Source: Azolla caroliniana
Taxonomy: Eukaryota > Plantae > Polypodiophyta
NCBI GenBank assembly: GCA_043228905.1
Contig: JBHGNT010000010.1
Location: forward strand, 14,508,001 to 14,572,000
DNA: 64,000 nt
Direction: 5' to 3'
In this document: piece by piece, positions 45,201-57,500 of the stretch
Layout: each line of letters starts with the position of its first letter
How positions within the stretch are numbered: the stretch's first letter is position 1
Notes under the pieces: model-generated
Database searches by the model: none
Told to the model about the DNA's origin: nothing
The model's input: the letters and a program-made list of their open reading frames with translations, nothing else
Program-made: the position numbers and the translations under genes

Positions 45201-48200
45201 GTGCGAAGAATAATGCGAAAAGGATAGAGAATTTGGGCCAACATATGAATGAATCGTTCAAAGTAACGAACTTTTTGAACAAATACCTCCAAATCTTTGA
45301 TACTCGTGGGTGTTGTCATCTTTTGAATTGCTTCAATCTTTGAGCTATCAACTTTGATTCCTTCTTGAGACACCACATGACCAAGCATCACCACCTCCTT
45401 TTCACCTATGTGACACTTCTCTCGGTTGAGTTGCATTTTGCATTCCTCCAATCTTTTGAATGCCAAGCGAACCTTTTCCAAATGGTCTTTCCTGCTACTA
45501 TAAATTGCAAAGTCATCCATAAAGACTCTAACAAACTTCCCAAAGAATGGTTGGAATACATGAATAGCAAGACGATTAAATGTAAAAACAGCATTTGTGA
45601 GTCCAAAGGGCATGCATCGATATGCAAAGCATCCCCATGGAGTGATGAATGTCGTCTTCTTTTGATCCTCTTCCGCAATACGAATTTGAAAATAACCTGA
45701 ATAGCCATCACAAACAGAGTACATTTCATGACCCGCAATTTCATCTAATATTTCATCTTGGAAAGGGAGAGGAAAGTGATCCCTCTTGGTAGCCGCATTT
45801 AGAGGTTTGTAATCAACACAAACCCTCCATTTTCCATTCTTTTTAGGTACCACCACAATGGGCGAAACCCATTCAGAATCTTCCACTGGGTAAATGAATT
45901 GTGCACGCAACAAAGCTTTGACTTCCTTTAATAAGGCCTCCTTTTGCACGTGACCTAGCCTTCGCAACTTTTGCGCAACGGGAGTTGTACCCTCCTTTAG
46001 ATTTATGTGATGTTGGATGACATCTACACCCCTAATATGAGCATAATCACTAATGAAAAGGTTAGGAAATTCAGAAATCAAATTAATAAATTGTTGCCTC
46101 TCTTGCCCTTTAAGATCTTTAGAAATCATCTTCTCTTTTTGCTCCATAGTAATTAAACCTCCTTCATCATCTTCTTCCTTCAAAACGGCATATGATGTGG
46201 TCATTTCCCATTCTGACGAGGAATCTTCACTTTCATCACTTTCATATGCGGACCCACTATCATATTCAGTTATTCCATCTTCTTCTTTCTCAATAAGTCT
46301 TTGTTGCCGCATATCATAATGTATGCTCACTCCTTTTGATGGCGTTATGGTCATCAAACCTTTGCTCCAATCTTGGACAACATTGAGTTCTTGCATCCAT
46401 GGTCGTCCTAGTACCAAAGAATATGACGGTCCTTTTAGTGGTATTACATGAAAATCCATGGAAATGCTTACCCCAAAACACTTGATGACAACATCCTCCA
46501 CTATGCCAATGCAATGGACCACTCCACCATCGGCTACAGCCACTCTTGCCGAAGATGACCTACTTATAGGAATTCCCACTTTGTTTACCACAAATTCAGA
46601 AATCAAGCTTACTCTAGCACCACTATCAACCAACGCATCTTTGATGTGAAACCCTTTGATGGAGACGGGGATGGTGGGTCGTATGTCCTTTCGATCTTCT
46701 ACTCGCACGATTCCCACATAATGCACAGTCTTCCGACTTTGGCGAATACTTGCAAGTCGCCCCCACTCCTTTCGTAATGTGGGAGATAATTGGAGAAGTT
46801 GCGGCCATGTTATCCTTGGTCCACTTGAAATCAACTCATGCTTCAAATTGAAAGCTTCTACACCTTCACCCATAGGAATGTCCTCCATCTTGATCTTTCT
46901 TCTAGAGTGTCTCCTTCTCAATTTTTCCTCTTTCTCATTCTCCTTAGACTTCTTCTTTTGTCTTGAGGCACTAGATTCTCCTTCAACTTCTTTCTCCTTT
47001 TGCGAGGACCTTGTCCTTTTCACAGGAGCTACTTCAAAAGAATTATCACTATCATCAATAAAATTAAGAAGATTCACATTATGAGGAATTGTAGGAACCT
47101 GAGCCATAGGGAGTGTTACGTTTCCTTCGACTTCATTGTTGTTAGGTCGTTGTCCATTCCTTTGCACTTGATAAATGCCTCTTCCCATGCCTCTTTGTTG
47201 TCGATGAGGACATCTTGTTGAAATGTGTCCCTCCTCTTGACAAGAATAACAAATTACACCGTGATGCCCTCTAGAGCCACCACCATCGGGAATAGTGTTG
47301 TGAATTGCTTGGGATTGTCGCAAGTGGGTCATCACTTCATCAAAGCGCCGATTTACCAATGCCATGGTATCTTGTTCACTCCTCACTTGTTCAACTTCTT
47401 GGGATATACTTGTTGGGTTTATTGTTGTGGTGGTATACACATTTGGAAACACTTGTCCCCCATGCACAATTGAAGATGAGGCTTGAAAGTTGGCACGAGG
47501 CATCAAATTTGCACCCAAAGCCGTCATTTGGAGATCCCCCAAGGAGCTCATCATCTTCACTTGTCGATCATAAGCTTGACAAACTTGGATAAGAGCTTGA
47601 AACGATGTGGGATCCTTCAAGTTTGCTTCCAAACGGAAATACATATCAAGACCCATCTTGAATCGTTCCATTTTAAACCACTCGTCTTCAGTGCCGCCAC
47701 GAAGACGAATCCATGTAGTCCACAAATCCTTGAAATTTCTTTCATACTCAGTGAAACCAATTGGTGATTCCATCTTTAGTCGAAATAGCTCTTCCCTTAC
47801 TTCGGTTGCACTTCGTCGTTGAATATATTTGGCACGAAACTGGTGCACCAACAATTGATATGCTCCCTGTTGGTTTGGAGGAAGAGAGTCATACCAATCT
47901 CGAGCTCGACCATAGAATGTAGCTACCAATAAAGGTAACTTCTCATTGTCGGTGATGCGTCCAATAGAGACAGCATGATGCTCAAAAGATGCCAAAAAGG
48001 CACCCGCATCTTGTGTTCTTTCACCTGAAAATGCAAATTGCATAGCTAAGTTAATGTAATATAGTAACACAATTAAATGATAAGTTCTCCCTCCTATACG
48101 GAAAGGATCCGCCCTCCCTGGAGCGCCAAAATGATAGGGTGTATAAGATAATAGATAGTTATACACTATATGAGGGCTTGACCAAACCGATTAGATGGAG

Positions 48201-48880
48201 TTGAAAATCATAATATATTATTTAGCTCTAGGTAATTATGATTAGAGAGTATAACTCAAGAAACTAAGAAAAAAGATAGAGAAAGCGAGCAAGAAATAAG
48301 AATGTTCTGATATTCCAACATCAAGAGAATACAAAGGAGACAAACTCCACATTGAACTAAAACCAAAGACCTTCCTCTTCTAAGACACTTCCTCTTCCAC
48401 AAAGACACTTCTTCTTAACACTCCTCATCCACTCTTTTCCCTTCACTCTTCGCCCTTCTCCTCACTAATATCCCTTCTTCTTTTATAACCTTCCTCTTCT
48501 TATCCACGTTCATGCTATTTTTAGAAGCTTTTTATCTCCCTATTTTTAGCTATGACACATCGACCTTCTAATCGTCATATCTCCCTCATCCGATATCCAA
48601 ATTAAGCGATTTAAAAAGCTATAGAAAGCTCTTTTTACAAGCTTTCTAATCCATATTTAAACGTGATATTTGGATAAACAACGAGGGAGTTAGGACCATT
48701 CTATTTTTACTGTTTTTTATAGTCTGCGTTTTCTCTTTTTACTTTTCTCTTGATCTCGTACTTTTACTTTTGACTTCTTCCCTAATGTCTTAGTTCGTGT
48801 TCTTATCCTCAAAAGGTGAATTATCTATACTTTATATTCTCCTAATGTTCAATGGCTTAGATTCTAAAAACACTTTCACA
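42300..48880 (-). mobile_element. Ty3/Gypsy Tat-type element with additional archaeal-like RNase H; 5' LTR 48132-48880, 3' LTR partial 42300-42621
   Basis: 42301-42621 matches 48559-48880 with ~2 differences; PPT 42622-42637; PBS TGGCGCTCCAGGGAGGG 48112-48128 (tRNA-Asn-like, tentative). Confidence 0.95.
42883..48043 (-). CDS. Tat gag-pol polyprotein (gag-PR-RT-RH-aRH-INT), open to ~44160 then three frameshifts in integrase
   Basis: CYSCQEEGHISTRC; LVDSGA; MPFGLTNA, FMDDF; FFDGA...NNEAEY...GDS...NKEADALA; HEEVCGGH, WGIDAVGP, SDHG, ANGAVE; likely start ATG 48043. Confidence 0.9.
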
Positions 48881-50650
48881 CTATTCAAGCAATATAAAGT
48901 GGAATATAGTCATTTGGAATGCAACTCATTTAGGAAATGCACGTAATCTCCACGTGGAGAAGAGCCCTCTTCCATATCTTTTGCAAACTTATTCATGTTG
49001 AGATTGTAGAAGGTATCTTCAAAAGAAAAAATTAGTTGAAATGCATTGATCTTGGTTGGCACCATGGGATCAATCATCAAATGGCCAAGGATATAAGACA
49101 CACACACAATGTAGCAAAACATTACTACATTAGAAGATGCTATAAAAAATTCTAACTTCATTCATTTTCTCAATGTTCAATCGTACATACCAATAAAAGC
49201 ATTTGAGATCTCCCCAAAATCATAGGTCTATATTACAAAACAAAGGCACATTGAATTATAAGAATTATCCATATTATGAATATTATCTTTACAAAAGTGT
49301 TCAACATATCTATATGGCCCACCTATTTTTGATGCCTTTATCAAGGTTTAAATAGATTGGGCAAATCCACATGACAATTTACGCCATGAAACCACATTGT
49401 GTTTTGTTAGCTGAACAAATACCTTTTGTGCCTCTAATGTCTTCAGTCTGGATTCATTTCAAACTCACATTTTGTATAGCTCAATCTTTATCGAACCCGT
49501 CACTAATTGTTAACTCATGTAGCATCAGGCCATGCAACATATATCCCACAACACTACATGCTTTCAAAACGGAATTTAATATGATTATAGAGTTGGAAGA
49601 ATAGAAAAAACCCAACAAAATGCTAGTTCAAATTTCGTTCTTGTTAATTTAACAAAATTCAACATTTATATATTATACTTTTTTGAAAAATACCATAATC
49701 AATCAAGATACACACAATCAAATGGAACAAAAGTTTCCTTAAGAATCATATATTGAAAAAAGATATATTGTTTGAGTATAATTTTTACAAATGTTGAAAA
49801 GTGAAGATACAATGTTCTAACACTATTTATTATTGTTAAAAATCCTACATAGCTTAGTCAAATATCAGATGAGAAGAATCTCGACCACACTAGTTGCAAA
49901 AAGGCATCAACCTCTTCTCATATCCATGGACCCTACAAAAGGCACCAAACAAGGTTACCATTCCACACTTAACAAATATGAATATAGCAATGAGTAAAAA
50001 CATGGATTTAGGAATGAGAATCAAACCTAGCAAAACTGAATTACACCAAAGTCTGAACAAATCTGTTTAAACATCAAATCTACATTGCAAGAATTCAAAC
50101 TTTTGAAGCAGAAATATAAGTGATAGATACCCCATCACTATTTATTATTGTGAACCATCGTTCTCCCACAACATCTGGGTAATGAACATCAACAATTGTA
50201 GCACTTGTTATGCACTCTACCCCATCATTAATCAATATATGTTGGCTCTTCAAAGTTTTCATAGCAATCGAGATATCACTATGGTTATGATTTAAGGGCA
50301 ACATGCTATCACAATGATTGCAATGTGATGTTTGGTTTTTACCCAATATTAGCACCAAAGAATTACAATGCATACATTGAATCTTGGTACATCTCGGTAG
50401 ACGAACCCGCTTTTGACATCCTTGTATACCCCACCCATTCCTTCTTGTACCCTTATCCTTATTAAAAGGAGCTACCCCGATATCTTCAAATGGTACTACA
50501 GAGCTAACAATGGGCACTGAATTACCGGAGGGGTTCTCCTTTACATTTTGTTGCAAATTGTGTATACTCCCATTTTGAGGAAAGATGAAGTATGGTTATA
50601 ACTCTTACCCAAAAACCTAAACCCTAAACCCTCAAGAGAATGAGAAGACA
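48881..50650 (-). pseudogene. Decayed multi-exon gene of unknown function (CxxC-CxxC finger; possible Ulp1-like remnant), probably transposon-associated
   Basis: CMHC...CNHC in 50095-50556; AG/GT-bounded segments ~49850-49933 (GPWI*EEVDAFLQLVW), ~49190-49226, ~48910-49140; telo-box AAACCCTA ~50619. Confidence 0.35.
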
Positions 50651-50939
50651 AAGATGAGAAAGAAGAAGGCGAAATCAAAGCTTAATGCTAAACGTTACAA
50701 GAAATCATTAGCTCATAAATATGAGATTAATTCGTAAATTTCAATCTCTAATGTTCCTTGCCACTTAGTCATTCAAAACACCCCAAACATGACCAAAATG
50801 GAAAGAATAACAGAAAATTACTTACTTTTGTTACCTGTTGTTCATGAACTCCGCCTGTTGTTCCGTTGAAAGGTTGAAATTGGTGGCCGAAGAAGTGCGT
50901 CGAGGAAGGCTAAAGCCTGCAGTGGAAGTATGTAGAGAG

Positions 50940-51370
50940 ATAGATAAATAAATAGATAGATAGATTATATTATCGTCTTCGGAGATCAAATATGACCTAT
51001 GAGACCAAAAATATTAAATTTCACATGATAGGTGTGAAAGTGAGTAGTGACTCTCGATGTTCAAGAACTTTACCAATGAATGTTGCAATCGAGAGAGCAC
51101 ATTGTGGTTGTGAGAGGAATTCATGCAAGGATTGGGCTTGGTCGAAGAGATGTGGAAAGCATGGTCGAATATTATCAAAGGCAGAGCATTGTATGAAAGT
51201 GTGATACTCAGACTTGCGAACTTGTTTAGGGCAAAGTGTGCATAACCGACCACTCTCATTAGTTGTGCCCCAACGCCTTGTCTCACATCGCAATGCATGT
51301 GAGCTAAGTTGCATGGAAACAATGGTTCAAACGGCAGATAACGGTATGGGATCTAACATGTATTGATGTG
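50940..51370 (-). mobile_element. 3' end of an RTE-X-like LINE
   Basis: LSSHALRCETRRW...RLCTLC...EYHTFIQC CCHC motif, followed by short 3' UTR and (ATCT)n-type tail. Confidence 0.75.
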
Positions 51371-51480
51371 TATGATTTCCCCGTTCCGCAAAGAATATGG
51401 TTTTGTAGTTACGTGTAACATGTGTAGTATAATATGTGAAGCGTGAGCCTCCACATTTGTCCCAGTTCATGATACATTTG

Positions 51481-51483
<3 letters not shown>

Positions 51484-51533
<50 letters not shown>

Positions 51534-51542
51534 GTATACGTA
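51484..51542. repeat. (TA)n/(TATG)n microsatellite
   Basis: Directly visible. Confidence 0.95.
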
Positions 51543-52628
51543 TGCGGAAACATTTGAGGACCTGTTCGCTTATGTTCAGAAAACAACATACATAGAAAAA
51601 TACAGTGAATAAAGACTTAGACAGTAGATCTAGCTTTAATGGAAAGATTCTTATTACTTCGTTCTCACTCAGAGATATAATACTCTTCTCGTCATCTCTC
51701 ATTACAACGCTTATATACTAAGCCCTAACTTATTAACGAGTTCACACTCGGACGAATACAACTTGGAAGGAGTCGGCCTTTTATGCCAACAAACTCCCCC
51801 GTAAAAGGACTACGCTTTCTTGCATGTACAAGTATTTAGGGTTATCTCCCCTGTAAGCCTAGATTACAAAATTGATCTAAGTTTATATGTTACAAGTCGA
51901 TCGACATGCAGTCGAGTCAGCAAATGTATAGGATGTATCGTTAATGTTGCGATCGAATCTTACCTTCTGGTCCTCGTTTGGCATTCTTTTGCTCTGTCGC
52001 TTGTCCTAGCCCCATTTTCGTCCTTAGTGCTCCGAAGCATAGATCTGGGAGTGGCTTCGTCAAGCAATCGACGATGTTCACCTCGGTGTTGATCTTCTGG
52101 ACTTCGAGTTTCTTTTCGTTTATGAGCTCCCGGATATGATGATACCGCACCTCAATGTGCTTCTTCTTCGCATGATAGACGGGATTGTTGATGAGGTGTA
52201 TTGTGCTCTGTGAGTTGCAATAGATGGTCGGTCGTTTCGGTTTGTAGTTCTGAAGTCGGCAGTCAGTTGGTGCAATTAGATCGCTTCCTTCACTGCTTCC
52301 GATGCTACTATGTACTCGGCTTCTGTGGTAGATAGAGTCGTGCACTCTTGAAGTTTCGACCTCCATGATATCGCCCTGCCACCATAGGTGACGATGTAGC
52401 CTGATCTCGATTTCCGATTATCTGCATTTCTGGCATAGTCGGAATCGGTGTAGCCTTCGACTTCGGCTGAGGTTGTTAGTTCGAAAGTCACCTGTGCATC
52501 CAGAGTTCCTTTTAGATACCTAAGGATGTGCTTGACGGCCTCCCAATGCTTCTTTCTTGGGTTTTACATGTATCGGCTGACCACCCCTACGACATAGGTT
52601 AGGTCGGGTCGGGTCGCCACTATTGCGT
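51543..52628 (-). mobile_element. Ty1/Copia 3' fragment (third family): LTR ~51543-51791, PPT 51793-51800, RNase H
   Basis: GYTDSDYA, LSTTEAEY, KHIEVRYHHIRE; CAACA|AACTCCCCC junction; left LTR boundary uncertain. Confidence 0.85.
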
Positions 52629-54519
52629 TGTCGTGAAGATTTTCGGCGATAGTGTGGAAATTGTAAGGAACATTCGAAATCGAGTGTGGCTCTTCTCACG
52701 AGAAAAACAAAACAAAAATAGTGAAGATAATATTTTGAATAAGTTTAATATCTAGGTACAAAAAGATGGAGGTCTTCAAGAGCTTTCAAATGTGTTTTGC
52801 CACATAAAAAACGGACATCTAAGTGACAAGTTATGTGGGAGTGAAGTATGAGAAGGAAGAAAAGAAAAATAAAACTGTGAGATATGCCACTTAGATAAGA
52901 CAAACAAGGACCCTACAATATATAAAGTAGAGCAAAAGCTATTATCTTTGTGTCTGTGTGGAGCATAGAGAGTTCAAGGTGACTTGAACAAAGTTAATAT
53001 GATGAATGAGTGTGGCCTAGCTATAGGTTTTGGCCAACCGAAACCGGACCGACCACGGAGCCGTATCCGACGATGGAGGCATCAGCCGGCAGCATCCGGC
53101 AAACTGACGTTAGGCAACCAGATAGATATATATAAATAAATAAATAAATAAATGTATACACAAGGAGTGCAAGTGTGGATTTGAACCTTGCACCAAGATA
53201 TTTTCTTGAAATAATATTTTTATCATTATAGTTTTACATGTAAATTCTCATACATGAGCCCTTGAATGAGTAGCATGATTCTCATGCATGACATGTAACA
53301 CATGAGCGCCAAATGGCAAACATGCATCACATGCATCATATGCATGAGAGCATCTATAAAAGAGGAGATGAAAAAGAGAAAGGGAGGGTACTTTTTTTAT
53401 AATAGAAAATTCGTTATCAAATTGATCGTGTAACTTGTTTCTGTCAAGATTCGAACTCTTGACATGACCATGTTATAATCGAGTGTTATGTGTTAACCAC
53501 ACATCTAGCATATAATCATGTATATATTTCCTCATTGTAGGTTTTAGCTAGCATCATGTGCATAATTTCTCCCTTGTATTATTAACACTTGGCACATGCA
53601 TGCGTACCTACTGCCTACATGCTCTATTGTATCACATGCATGCAACAGGTATGCATGCCACTTAGTATAAATAGTTGAGTTCACCTTGAAGGAATTCAAG
53701 GTGAACAACGCCAGTCATGGACATATCAATCTAGTATTCTCGTTTCGCCCATCTTCTCTCCTTAATCTTCATCTCTATCTTTATGCTCTTGTGTCATTCC
53801 GTCATCGCTCTGTCGTAGCCTCATCATCTGTGCTCCGTCTTAGTCCGCACTTGGTGTGTCCGCGACAGTTTGTTCACCTTCCAACTAGAAGCATCACCCA
53901 TTCTCGTCATCGCTTCATTGTCTCTATTTTTTAGTTTCTCCTCATCATTGTCTCTATTTTTTTAGTTTCCTTCCAGTTCGTGTCCATGTTTTAGTTCCCG
54001 GTGAGGGCCGCACAAGGCCGCTCACTCCCGTTGGTGTTGGTGTTCCAGTTCCCGATGAGGGCCACACAAGGCCACTCACTCTCGTTGGTGTTCGTGTTCC
54101 AGTTACCGGTGAGGTCCGCACAAGGCTGCTCACTCCCGTTGGTGTTCGTGTTCCAGTTCCCGGTGAGGGCCGCATGGTCGCTCATGCCCTTTCGTGTTCG
54201 AGTTCCCGGTAAGGGCCACATGGTCGCTCACGCCCGTTCATGTTCCTATTCTTGTTCCCAGTGAGGGCCGCACATGGCCGCTCACTCCAATTATTGTTCG
54301 TGTTCCAGATCCCGGTGAGGACCGACATGTTTGCTCATGCCCGTTGTTCCTGTTCCAGTTCCCGGTGAGGACCGCACATGGTCGATTACTCCTATTCGTG
54401 TTCTTGTTCCCGGTGAGGGCCACATGGTCACTCACTCGTTCGTGTTCCATTTCTCGGTGAGGACAACATGGTTGCTCATGCCCGTTGGTGTTCGTGTTCC
54501 AACTCTCAGCGAGGACTAT
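52629..54519 (+). mobile_element. Gypsy-type LTR (52629-53867) plus non-coding internal region; probable non-autonomous element
   Basis: TGTCG...CGACA termini; shares GAACCTTGCACC..TATCATTATA with LTR 1246-2143 and its 3' end with LTR 27563-28013; no clear PBS. Confidence 0.7.
53990..54515 (+). repeat. ~54-bp tandem array, ~10 copies
   Basis: CCCGGTGAGG anchor at ~53997, 54051, 54105, 54159, 54205, 54257, 54311, 54361, 54409, 54453. Confidence 0.92.
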
Positions 54520-57500
54520 TGTCGTGAAGAAAACCGTCCCTTAGCGTAATTGGTGCATAGCGCGCGTGAACCGGCTCTTCACACGTGCGCGCCCTTTAAT
54601 GTATATAATAGAGAATTAGGTACAAAGGTATATCCTAGGTAGGTAGGAAGTTAAGGAGGGAAACGGCTCCCTTCTTGAAGCTATAAAAGAGAGGGAGACG
54701 TGAAAGAAAAGGGAAATTATTATTGGGGGAGGACGAAGTGCTGTCGGACCGAAACCGAACGCTTCTCCTCTGATTCGTTCTCCATTGCTCTTCTCCGCAG
54801 GTTTTCGGGAGGCTTGCGTTGCTTCGAGGAACGCCCGTGTGCTTCCGGCAGCACCTCCATCCTATCGCCTTTCGTGCGCAGACGAGCAGGCATCGGCATC
54901 TGTTCGCTGGCCTGTTCGGTTGTAACCGCTCGCGTGCTCTGTTGTTTATTTGTCATTCATTAATATACAAACATTCGTGTCTCTCTGTCTCTGTGTCCAT
55001 TCGTGTCTTCTGCGTTGACAGGGCCGTGTCCCTGAGTTTCTTTGCTCATACGTAACCGAGCGTCTCTCTCTTTCTCTTTCCCCTTCTATCACCTGCTATT
55101 TGGTTCAAGACCCCGGTGGTCCCGCTTCGTTCTCCACGCACGCGCGTAGAAATGCGACATCTTTGGTGAACCCGACGTGAACAAGGTGGCAGAGGAGTAG
55201 AAGATGAGGGGGTCAGATCTTGCAGAGGCCTTGGCTTTGGCCGTGGACCGGATAGTGAGCGCGCGTGAGGGCACCGGCGCCCTTGACAGGGCTATTGAGG
55301 CGATCGTCGGTACGATCGGCCGGTTCAATGGAAAGGATGCCACGAGTTATTTGGCGTCCTACCGGGCAGAGATGTTGATGAGGGATATTCCGGAAGAGAG
55401 GCGTCTTGCCGGATTCCCTCGACTGGTGATGCCGGGCATCCATGCGGAGGTGCTCGAGGTCCGGGCGGAGAGCTGGACCTGGGAGGAGTTCGAAGCACGG
55501 CTCCTGGAGAAATATGGGCTGGATGACGCGCTTCGACTTTCGAAGCGGGGCTTCATGGAGTGGGTGGAGTCCCCCAACAAAGGAAGAAATGCGTCGGTAC
55601 TCCTCCGGGAGTTTGAGGAACGCTTTGCGCGCCTTTCGGCGCTCGATCGGACTATTCTGGACACAAGTCGTGTCCTACTATTTGTCAAATTGGTTGATGC
55701 ACGGGATCAGGAGCAAGTGGGCTCCTTACTGGAAACCGAAGACGAGCTGACGACCGACTGGGCCACGGTAAAAAGAGTCTGCGGTCGTTTTGACAAACGA
55801 TGGGAGTGGGCTGATACAGGGGCGACCAGGGCGGGTCCTGTCGCAGCAACGAAGCTCGAACCGATACCGCAGGCGTGAAGGGAAGAGACGCGGGAGTAGC
55901 TCGAAACCGGTTCGGCTTCGACCGGCGTGGTCAGAGGTTTGTCCGGGGGAACAAGTTTGGAGGAGTTGACACGGGCGGTAAAGGATCTCCAGATCGCCCA
56001 GGCTCGGAGGGAAGGCAGCGAACAGGCTCGTGACCGACGGCCTCCGCCAGGAAATAGGTGCATGTGGTGCGACGAGGTCGGCCATATCCGGAAAGACTGC
56101 GGGGACTTTGCAGAGGCTTTGAGAAGCTGGGTAGGGTACCTGTGGGAAGGTCGGGTGCACGCCAGCGATACTCGGAGGGCCTTGAACCGAAATGACGGGC
56201 GAGGAGGAATGAAAAGGCTGATGGAAGAGGCGGCGGCCCGGCACGCGGAGACCGTCCACTACTCAGCGTCAGCCGGTATTCGGGTTGGAGGCAGCGAGGC
56301 CCGGAAGGGGAGCAAAGCCGGGTTCTGGCCGACGGTGCTGGAAGGCCTCGCCGGTGCCCGACTAAAGAAAGACGAGGCGGACCGTGCGGAGAAGCGGGTC
56401 CAGGAGGTAACCGGGTGGAGTGACCCGGTCGAAAAAAAGACGGGTTTCGTCGAAGCAGCTTGCCAGAACTACGAGGCTCTGGTTGAAGACAAACGGGTAG
56501 GTAAAACCGGAGGGGCCGGACCCTCACAGAGATACAAAACCCGATTCAGGCCAAAACAGAACGAGGCCGGTGAGACCAGTGCCCGGGATAACCACAAGAA
56601 GGGCGGATACCGGTTGGGCACGGAGATCGAAAGGACCACGGACCTACGAAAGGTCCTGGAAGAACGAATCCTCGACAGCAAGGTGGAACTGTCGTTGCGG
56701 GAGGTGCTCGGAATCGCCAAGAAGGAGTTCCACGACTCCATCATAGACTTGGTGAAGAGGAAGAGGCTGTCGACGGAGATAGAACCGGAAAGGCCGGTGG
56801 AGGTGCAGACGACGCACATAGAGGACATGGCGCTGGAAGACGAGTGGGCGGAGAGCCACTATTCGAGGCCACACTTGGCCCGAGCGACCACGGAAACCCC
56901 GGTGAAGATCGGAGATGTTCAGGAACCGGTGGTGGCGCTGGTGGACCACGGTTCGGAAATAAACCTAATGTCCATGGACTTCAACAAGAAGGGGAAATCG
57001 CAGATCAACACCAAGCACGGGTGTAAGATACGGGCGGCGACGTGCACCACCGAGGAACTACACGGGGCCTGCCCAAACGTGGGAGTCAAGATCGGCGACG
57101 TCGAGATAGATCAACACTTCTTTGTGCAGGAGACGTCCTCGCACCCGGTCATACTAGGAGAACCGTATATTACGGCAGGGCGGATGGAGACCAAGGTGTT
57201 GGAAAACGGGTCGGCTTACGCGAGGGTCAAGAGTCAAGACGGGCGTCATTCGGTCCAGTTCCTGACGGTGCGACCGAACCATGAGCAAAACCGCGAGTCC
57301 CTCGGTGGCGAGAACCGAGAGGATTTTTAGAGAGGGTTGTCAAGGCGTGGGGCCACGACAGTCCGCACACTCCCGGAAAACCCCACAAATGAACGATAGA
57401 GGCGAAACCGAAGAAACCTTGTACCATAAGTAGGAAGTTTTGTTTCTTTGACAACGGAGGGTGTACGATAGTCGGCGTCGTTCGCCGAGAAAAGACAAAG

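Noticed and set aside
44048-48166. 1372-aa ORF with the track's start at 48166
   Set aside because: First ~41 codons run through LTR and PBS; ATG 48043 is the plausible start, and the C-terminal tail is out of frame
50612-50632. Interstitial telomere
   Set aside because: Only 2-3 AAACCCT units; better read as a telo-box in a leader region
53990-54515. CRISPR-like array (also 27998-28214)
   Set aside because: Head-to-tail units with no unique spacers, no cas genes, eukaryotic context
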